Of a DNA stretch of 64,000 nt, positions 54,416 through 64,000 are shown piece after piece. The position numbers and the translations under genes are program-made. The notes beneath the pieces are model-generated. The model was not told where the DNA came from. It worked only from the letters and a program-made list of their open reading frames with translations, and searched no databases. Origin of the DNA: Octopus sinensis (taxonomy: Eukaryota); contig NC_042999.1 of assembly GCF_006345805.1 (NCBI RefSeq), forward strand, positions 97,712,001 to 97,776,000, in the 5' to 3' direction. Position 1 is the stretch's first letter, and each line of letters opens with the position of its first letter.

Positions 54416-54571
54416 CATCATCATCATCTTTATTGTTATAGAGAAGCGAATAACAAAGCCGCCGTGCCTTTCATTCGTTATGATTCGATAAAAATAAGTG
54501 ACAGTTGAGACAGACTGACAGACAGAATGACAGCGATGCATACATACATACACGCACACACAGATATAAAC

Positions 54572-54602
<31 letters not shown>

Positions 54603-54769
54603 AATACACATATACATATACATGTTTAAGTATGCATGTAGACGACGAATTTCAACATGGTTTCTGTATGCCAAATTCCAATTGCAAAGTACTGATCAAC
54701 TCGAGTGTAGAAAAACAAACCTCTTCCCTGAATGCGAAGGGGAAAATCCTATTTTCTGGTATATTAATC

Positions 54770-55070
54770 CAAACACTATAGATCCATTTCACCAGATCTT
54801 AATGATTGGTTTCACAATATCAGATAATAGCGCGGTTAAGTAACATCATTTCCTCTTCAGAGGCGGTGGTAAAAAGATGTATATGTATCTGTGGTGAGTC
54901 TTTGAAGATTATGTACAGCTCACTCTTAAGGGTAGATACTAAAAGTCGTGGGCGCCCGACTGCAATATACTGCAATATACTCTGTAACATTTCGGAGTGT
55001 GTAAATCGCATAAGCACATATATGTATAAAGACATGGCCTGGGCCTATACTGGCCGAAACCTGGGAAAGT
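54770..55070 (+). mobile_element. RTE-clade LINE 3' fragment, degraded
   Basis: Remnants QIIARL... and KSRGRPTAIY match the RTE C-terminal R.RGRP..TY motif. Confidence 0.5.
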
Positions 55071-55084
55071 TATATATATATATA

Positions 55085-55509
55085 GGCGCAGGAGTGGCTG
55101 TGTGGTAAGTAGCCTGTCTACCAACCACATGGTTCCGGGTTCAGTCCCACTGTGTGGCACCTTGGGCAAGTGTCTTCTACTATAGCCTCGGGCCGACCAA
55201 TGCCTTGTGAGTGGATTTGGTAGACGGAAACTGAAAGAAGCCCGTCGTATATATGTATATATATATATATATATGTATGCGTGTGTGTGTTTGTGTGTCT
55301 GTGTTTGTCCCCATAGCATTGCTTGACAACAGATGCTGGTGTGTTTGTGTCCCCGTCACTTAGCGGTTCGGCAAAAGAGACCGATAGAATAAGTACTGGG
55401 CTTACAATAGAATAAGTTCCGGGGTCGAGTTGCTCGATTAAAGGCAGTGCTCCAGCATGGCCGCAGTCAAATGACTGAAACAAGTAAAAGAGTAAAAGAG
55501 TGTAAAGAG
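55085..55509 (+). mobile_element. SINE family A, full length, little diverged
   Basis: ggcgcaggagtggctgtgtggtaagtag...ccttgggcaagtg (CORE-like)...(TA)(TG)...ggccgcagtcaaatgactgaaacaagtaaaagagtaaaagag. Confidence 0.93.
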
Positions 55510-55511
55510 TA

Positions 55512-55544
<33 letters not shown>

Positions 55545-55801
55545 TATATATATATTATATATATAAATATATATGTATATATGTTGTATGTTTGTCCATA
55601 TGTATATATATTATATATATATGTGTGTGTATTATATATATATATATATATATGCATAAATATTCATGTATGTTTCAACGACTTTAAATATATTACGTGT
55701 GCATGATTTCAGTAAAGACACTCTCAAGTCTTAAAGTGAAATTAAACATAAGTAGTTACATCACAGCTTCTTGTTTCCTGCTCTCCTCTCTCTCTCTCCT
55801 C

Positions 55802-55845
<44 letters not shown>

Positions 55846-55979
55846 TCTCTGTAGAAAAAGAGATCAGTTGGTCTAGTTTTATATTTTGTAAAGCTCTCAT
55901 CAAAGATCGCTTATTCATGATCTATCTCCAGAAGAAATAATAGCTTATATTCTTGTATAAATTAATAATAATAATAATA

Positions 55980-56029
<50 letters not shown>

Positions 56030-56772
56030 TAATGTGTCACAAGTGAAAGGTATTAAACGGTATGAAACGGATCAGATGACCGCTTCATTATTGATATTCG
56101 CTTATAAATCATTATTTTTAAAAGAAAAGAGAAAAAAGAAAAAGAAAACAAATCTTCTCGGCAAATATGTAAAATATTTACAGTTGTTCTTTGAACAAAT
56201 GAACACATCCATGAGAATATGAGAATACTGTATGGTAAATCTCCCAAGGAAAAGGGAAAGGAAGACGACAGCCATTAATAAGAAGTGAAAAGAAAGAGGG
56301 AAGAAGAGAAGAAAGAAAAGGAATTGGAGGTGTGACTGAAAGACAGTTTATTAAATAAAAGTACATAAGACTGTCGCTATTTTAATAGTTGTTGTCTTTG
56401 TGTAAGTGGTAGGATCCTTCTCACCACACATTACCGGTTTCAAACCTCAAAGGACAATGTTTCCGCAAAATTATACAAGAAGAAAGCATTCTCCTTCATG
56501 CTTACTCACTCACTCACTCACACATTCACACATACACACATACACACACACACACACATGCGCACACACACGGTCGTACAATAGAATAATCACGTGGACA
56601 CATAGGTATCTGTATATTACATACTTATAACCACGGACATATCTATACAATTCATAAAAACTCAGGCACATATACATAGATAAACAGAGTCAGTCATACG
56701 AGTTTCTTTCATAAACACCGACAAAACAATGAACAAGAGAAGAAAGTAAATGAGCAAGGAATAAACGAGAAA

Positions 56773-56804
56773 TCAATGTTTCGGACAATGGTCCTTCATC
56801 AAGA
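56773..56804 (-). ncRNA. Minimal hammerhead-like motif, probable Penelope LTR remnant
   Basis: Reverse complement TC-TTGATGA-A-GGAC catt GTCC-GAAA-ca-TT-GA. Confidence 0.45.
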
Positions 56805-57667
56805 AGGGAATTTCAAGTGAAAAATAGTGCTGTTCTAGAGAAGACAACGTGATGAATGAAACAATGGAAAAAGGTAGTGAAAGTGTGTAGCATGTTTTAT
56901 AGTCAAAAAAGTAGGAGCACAAGAAAATCAGTGAGAGGAATTTGGATAACGTTAAGAATAGTTTAAAGGAGTCTGAGAACAAGTTTTATATGAGTACGCG
57001 AGCATAAAAATTTGTGTGAAGGTGTAAATTACTATAACTCAATGTACCGTAAATTTAGCTACCACACTTCAAAATTCTGCAATACGAGGTACCGTATTTT
57101 AAGACACATTCTATTTCTTCTGAAATAAAAGCCGGATTTAAAATTGATCTGATATTTTGTCTTTTGTTTGCGAGCTTTTGCTCATATATTTCTGTATTTT
57201 CTCTTGTTTTTCACCTAGTTGACATGAATTAATATGAAATCAAAATAGTTATCTATGTATCATAATTAACGTACATACACTGTTAATAAGTAAGATGTTT
57301 CGGTTAAACAAGATCAACAATATCTTACAGATAGATGTGAGGTGAAAAAAATCGTCCCTGTAGCGGCTAGCGAGAACGTTAAATGCATTTACATCTTCAT
57401 GGTCTTTGTCAGTGACATATACTGGCAGCCGCAGTCAAATGCTCAGACAAATTTTGTTACCTCCAGCATATACAGAGAACAGTGAATACGTTCACTGATA
57501 TTGCCAATAGCTGCCGAGATGACTATACGCTAAATATGATACATAGATGGCTTTTAAAATTTAATACTGCATTAAATGCGTACACCGAGTTCTTATTCTT
57601 CTCGGTAATTATTCGCAATATCAGTGCATATATTATTCACTGTTTTCTATATATTGCAAGTACCTAA

Positions 57668-58087
57668 GGCGTAGGGGTGGCTGTGTCGTAAGTAGCTTGC
57701 TTACGAACCACATGGTTCCGGGTTCAGTCCCACTGCGTGGCACCTTGGGCAATTAAATTTCTTCTACTATAGCCTCTGGCCCCCCAAAGCCTTGTGAGTG
57801 GATTTGGCAGACGAAAACTGTAAGAAGCCTGTCGTATATATATGTATGTATGTATGTATCTATGTTTGTGCGTCTGTGTTTGTCCCCCCTACCATCGTTT
57901 GACAACCGATGTTGGTGTATTTACGTCCCCGCAACTTAGCGGTTTGGCATAAGAAACCAATAAGATAAGTACTAGGCTTACAAACAATAAGTCCTGGGGT
58001 CGATTTGTCCGACTAAAGGCGGTCCTCCAGCATGGCCGCAGTCAATTGACTGAAACAAATAAAATAATAAAATAAAAGAATAAAAGA
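57668..58087 (+). mobile_element. SINE family A, full length
   Basis: Colinear with the 55085 copy. Confidence 0.92.
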
Positions 58088-58524
58088 CTCTCGTTCAGGC
58101 ATGTAGTTGCTTGTACACGCCATCGTCATAACCTAAGAAGACAAAACTGCATCTGGCGTTCTTGCTAACCGATTGCACAACGATTTTTTGTCTCTCTCTC
58201 TGTGGTTTTTAAATACAGAACATCCGTAAGAGATTATATCTCGGATGAAAGCCGCAGTATCTCGGCTATATGGTGTATATACAGTGGTGTATATATCTTG
58301 GTTATGTGGTGTATATAAGTATTAAGTATGAAACACTGATAACAATGATTATTTATTTTTCATAATCTTACTAATCGTTCCATATCGTACTTTTGAAGTT
58401 GGATACTAATAACAGAAAATAGAGTAGGTTACCACGTGTACTTCCTTACTGATAACGATATATTTCATAACTAATTTCAATTGAGTGCATGTGTGTATAC
58501 ATAGAGGTGTATGTGTGTATATAT

Positions 58525-58638
<114 letters not shown>

Positions 58639-59760
58639 ATATATTTGTTCATGCGTGCAAGTGTGTGTATGTGTGTGTGTGTGATAGTTTTTACCTAATA
58701 CTTCGATATACAAATATTAAATTTTGAAAGTTGTAAATAGTTGAATGTTTGTTTGCATTCGTTATTCACTAAATTTACACCATTATATGGAATGTACCAT
58801 ATTATGAAAATAGTGAATTTTTAAATATTGGTGTTCATTTATTTGTTTCCATACCTTTCGTCTTGTTGAAGATTGTGTTAACTGAAAAGAAGCGTAATTG
58901 ATCGAGAAAATCGCAACATTTATACATGTACGACATTGGGTTTCCTGAAACTTTCGTTCTAAAGCCTTTTTGGACTACTAATTTTCTAGAACCAGGGGTG
59001 GTTACCTTTATCAATACACTTTAAATTAAATAGATATTAAATTTACTTGAATAATTAAATGACATACAGATACTTGTACATTAGTATAAATGATACCAGT
59101 TGTATTGAAACTGTTCCTGCAAGTAAAATAGGGCAAATTATAAGCTCCGGACAATGAGTATCTAGTAAGTCGGTGTTGTACTTGTATGCATTTAACTACA
59201 GTGTTATTTGTCAAATGATTCGGAGGTAAACATTCTCCACCATTGGTAATATCAGGAAATATGGCATACAGGAAATAATTATATCTTAACTTCTATCAAA
59301 TTCCTTGGTGCTTACAAAATTAGGAGTCGAATACAATTTTCAAAAGAAAAATTATCTCAAAATAAAATTGAATAAAACAAATTTCTTGTTTGTATAATTC
59401 CTCACATAGCAATAATGTCATTTCCCTCCTCCCCTTCTACCCCTCCTCCTTCTTTGTCTCTATGATTCTTTCTCACTGTGTAAAATTCGTTTACACCATT
59501 GCCACCAAACCTAGCGCGCGCACTCATCTTGCACCTTTTATGTTAACTCTCTCTGTATCCCCTCTTTATTCCCTCGCACCCCCTCTCTCTCTATATACGA
59601 TGTAAAGCGTGACTGGATAATTCAACCAACCAACCAGCTATTTTATAATTTACATTTATATTGACTATTTTAGTATACAGAGATATACTCTGTATGTCTC
59701 TAATACAGATATACATTGAGCACAACGTTTGCTAAACGAAAACACTACATATAAACATAC

Positions 59761-59792
<32 letters not shown>

Positions 59793-59815
59793 GCACACAC
59801 ACACACACACACACA

Positions 59816-59882
<67 letters not shown>

Positions 59883-60593
59883 GAAATCCTAGCTTGATTA
59901 GAAATTATAAGAATGCAAGCACATTATAAGAATGTAGATACATCCCTTCAAAATTCTGGTTCTGCGAAAAAATATGGGGATTCTCTCAAAGGACCGATTT
60001 GCAATCTGTTGATCATTCCTTAGAGAAAATGTGCACAATTTGTATCCCTAATCAATAGCATAGAACAATAAACCACCATATAAAGCAACATTTTGATTTT
60101 GAAAATCCGTCATTAATTAAATATTAGATATGCTTTTCTGATAAATAGTATATATTCAATCGACTGGGAATGAAAATCAGATGCATTTTCTCTGAAAAGT
60201 GGTAAGATTAACTGCGAAATTGTTCACCAACAGACTGCCTTTCATTTTCCCGCCCACCGAAAGCATAGATGAAAAATGCTTGCATTGTTGTTGTTTCCTC
60301 TCACAGCCAGGTGTTCTGATTCACACACTGTTGTGCATTTCATATATCTTTTTTAATTATTGACGAGTCATCAAAAACAAAAATATACAAATTAAGCTGC
60401 CTACTATGGTAGTAGCTTAACTTATGACTGCTTTGTATAGTATCTGAATTTTTAAGACGGCCGGTTGAGGAAAGAAATCAGATACGTCTTCTTTGAGGGG
60501 ACGCCAGCAAACTGCGAAACGGTCCGTAGAGCAAATACCCTCGGAGTTTTCCGCATATTAAATATACTGTAAGAGGTATAAAAATAATTCATA

Positions 60594-60915
60594 GGCGTAG
60601 AAGTGGCTGTGTGTTAAGTAGCTTGTGTACGAACCACATGGTTCTGGGTTCAGTCCCACTGCGTGCCACCTTGGGCAAGTGTCTTCTACTATAGCCTCGG
60701 GCCGACCAAAGCCTAGTGAGTTGATTTTGTAAACGGAAACTGAAAGAAGCCCGTCGTATAAATGTGCATATGTGTGTTTGTGTGTCAATCAAAAGAGACT
60801 GATAGAATAAGTACTATGCTTACAAAGAATAAGTCTTGGGGTCGATTTGCTCGACTAAAAGCGGTGCTCCAGCATGGCCACGGTCACATGACTGAAACAA
60901 GCAAAAGAGTAAAAT
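60594..60915 (+). mobile_element. SINE family A with internal deletion
   Basis: Colinear with the 55085 copy but lacks part of the post-microsatellite segment. Confidence 0.9.
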
Positions 60916-61330
60916 AGTATAAGTGTAACGCAGAACACCAAGATTCTGTATTCTTTTATACATACATACATATATATGTGGATGCATATACACAATAACC
61001 GATTCATACACATAGAGACACATACATACATGCATATGTATATATATATATATGCTTGCATAAATTTGGTGTGAATATTCTTAGCGAGGTCAACAAGTAC
61101 TATATCTACGCTATAATACCAACTAATTCGTCCATAACACCTACCCACTACCCTAGCCAATCCTCGACATATTCACATACACTTCTTTCAATGCTAATTT
61201 CTCTCTCACCGCAACACTCTTGCTAACCCTCTCTCTCTCTCTCTCACTTCCTCTTTGTCCGTCTGTCTCTCTCTCCTTTCCCGCTCTCTCTCTTTCTCTC
61301 TCTCTCATATAAATATATATATATATATTA

Positions 61331-61495
61331 TTTTACTCTTTTCCTTGTTTCAGTCATTTGACTGCGGCCGTGCTGGAGCACGCCTTTAGTCGAACAAATC
61401 GACACCAGGATTTATTTTTTGTAAGCCTAGTATTAAATTATGGAGACGTAAACACACCAACATTGGTTGTCAAGCGATGGTGGGGGGACAAACAC
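61331..61495 (-). mobile_element. SINE family A 3' half
   Basis: ttgtttcagtcatttgactgcggccgtgctggagcac...gtcaagcgatggtggggggacaaac. Confidence 0.88.
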
Positions 61496-61562
61496 AAACA
61501 CACACACACAATATATATATATATATATATATATTATATAATATATATATATATATATATAT

Positions 61563-61593
<31 letters not shown>

Positions 61594-61644
61594 ATAATAT
61601 ATATATACATATATATATATATCATATATATACATATATATAAT

Positions 61645-61679
<35 letters not shown>

Positions 61680-61804
61680 ATATACAGATATACATATACA
61701 TACATATACATATGTGTATATACATATACATATATATATATATACACATACATATACATATACATATATATATATATATACATATATATACATATACATT
61801 TTTT

Positions 61805-62594
61805 TCTCTCTAGTTTCAGCTCAGAGCTGCGGCCATGCTGATGCACCGCCGTTTTGTGCTACACTGTTATTGCGAAGAACCTCGTCTAATATGTGGCACT
61901 TGGTGAAGAATGGAGTTTGATATAGCTACTCTCATTTGCACCTCTTGCCGTGAGGTAGGTTCATCTGGGACTCTCGACAGGAAGATGTCCAGCTTTGATT
62001 TAAAAACCGCTACATCTACTTTGTGCAAGTTCCTCAGACTCTTTGGGAGAATATTAAAAAGCTGTGGGCCCTTGAAACCCAGGCTGTTGCAGAAGCTGGT
62101 CCTGAAGCATGATGGCATTGCTGGGATCTTTGGCACTATGCAGTGTCGTCCCGTTCTAGCATTGATGTAGCTTATAATGCCAAAATTTGGCACAATTCCT
62201 TCCAGGATCTTCCAGATATATATTACTGCATACCTCTCCCGTCTTCTCTCCGGGAAGTAGAGTCTTAGCTGTTTCAACCTTTCCCAGTAGCTGAGCTGTT
62301 GCAAAGCGACGATCTTCTTTGTGAATTTTCTCTGGATTGCTTCAAGGTCCGCTGTTAATTTGACACTGGTGGGTGACCATAGCTGTGAGCAGTAATCCAG
62401 GCGGCTGAGGACGAATGTCCGCCAGAGGACCATCATGGTTTCCTTATCTCTGGTTCTGAATGTTCTTAGGATCCACCCAGCCAGTCGTCTGCACTTTGTC
62501 GCCATCCTGGCAATGTGCACTTGGAAAGAGGTTTCATCACTCATGTAGATACCCAGGTCCCTCACAGACTTAGGCTCTGGCATTGAAATTCCCT

Positions 62595-62597
<3 letters not shown>
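61805..62597 (-). mobile_element. CR1-like LINE, 5'-truncated, open post-RT reading frame and intact 3' UTR
   Basis: VRDLGIYMS...F..HI...GWILRTF...VLSRLDYCSQLWSP...LEAIQRKFTK...LSYWERLKQLRL...ERRRERY, with the stop near 61867. Confidence 0.92.
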
Positions 62598-62670
<73 letters not shown>

Positions 62671-63013
62671 TACACACACATGCAGAATCGTCTATTCTTT
62701 CAATTGAAGTCATAATATAATTTTCATTTATTTCGTGTATGTATGTATGTTGTGTCTATGTAATTCTGCATGTCTGTATTCATATCTATACGTATACATG
62801 AATTTATGTTTCTAGGTATATATGTGCATGCGTTGAAAATTCGTATTTATGTGTATCTGATTAAAGCTGCACATATTTCTACATCTAAAACTGTATCTCT
62901 AAATTTTTATCTCTAAATTTTGTGCATGGACCTGTACATCTATATATAAGTATGTATGCTTATATACATATATAGATATAGATATAGCTACAGATATGTG
63001 TGTGTGTGTCTAT

Positions 63014-63048
<35 letters not shown>

Positions 63049-63073
63049 ATATATATATATATATATAATATAT

Positions 63074-63115
<42 letters not shown>

Positions 63116-63152
63116 TATATACATGTGCTTATCTGAACATGTATGTATGTAA

Positions 63153-63337
63153 GGCGGCAAAATGCTTAGCGGTATTTCGTCTGTATTTAGGTTCTGAGTT
63201 CAAATTCCACCGAGGTCGACTTTGCCTTTCATCCGTTCAGGGTTGATAAATCAAGTATCAGTTGCGTACTGGGGTCGATCTAATTCACTGGTCCCCTTCC
63301 CCAAAATTTCGCGCCTTGTGCCTAGAGTACAAAAGAA
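63153..63337 (+). mobile_element. SINE family B, head partly deleted
   Basis: gagttcaaattccaccgaggtcgactttgcctttcatcc...gtgcctagagtacaaaagaat. Confidence 0.88.
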
Positions 63338-63383
63338 TACATATGTATGCATGTATGTATATGTACGTATGCATCTATGTATG

Positions 63384-63427
<44 letters not shown>

Positions 63428-63576
63428 TAGATGTATATATTTGTATATACTTGTATGTATATATATATATATTTGTATATACCTGTATGTATATATATAT
63501 ATATAATATATATATATATATACATATATATACATATATATATATATAATATATATATTATATATATATAATATAT

Positions 63577-63632
<56 letters not shown>

Positions 63633-64000
63633 ATATACGTTGGTATGCATGTGCGCCCATGTGTATGTCTGTACACTAATGTATATAAATATGCATGAGT
63701 GTGTACGTGCATGGATATAAGTTTCTTTATATATGTAGGTAAGGGTGTATGCGTGTATGTATATGTATGTGCGTGTGTGCGCGCGCGTGCATGTGAGTGT
63801 GTGTTTGTGTGAATTTGTAATAACTCGCTTATGTGCATGTATGTGCGGATATCTTCGTTCTAAAGTCATCTTCCAATGTTTTTTAAAGATAATGTATTCT
63901 TTTGAAGTTATGTTCCTTAAAAAAAAAAAAAACTCATTTGAAGGAAGGAGGAGGAGGAAGAAAAGATGGTGGTGGTGGTGGTGACTGCGGCGGCGGCAAG

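Noticed and set aside
54861-54893. 33-nt micro-exon (tttcctcttcag|...|gtgagt)
   Set aside because: Lies inside a probable RTE LINE remnant (RGRPTAIY just downstream), so the splice-like signals are probably fortuitous.

Overview
AT-rich, microsatellite-saturated animal DNA (intergenic or deep intronic). The repeat content points to a coleoid cephalopod, most likely Octopus; this is inferred from recalled tRNA-derived SINE families. I recognise no intact host gene, and almost all ORF-track entries are translations of (TA)n/(CA)n/(CT)n/(AAT)n/(CAC)n/(TACA)n tracts. The coding signal that is present comes from decayed transposons: three R4/Dong-type RLE LINEs, two CR1-like 3' ends, two RTE 3' ends, a Penelope GIY-YIG element, several Tc1/mariner remnants, hAT MITEs and non-autonomous Helitrons. 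At least six short interspersed families are present, labelled A-F here. The most interesting signals are: (i) a set of Penelope-type minimal hammerhead ribozyme motifs, including a U3-A8 compensated pair inside inverted terminal repeats; (ii) a CR1-like LINE and a SINE sharing a 3' stem-loop with covariation; (iii) a ~550-bp non-coding element that, like Dong, sits in (TAA)n; (iv) several long fold-back structures. A few candidate host exons are listed at low confidence. There is a 100-N gap at 19619-19718. Coordinates of decayed elements are approximate.
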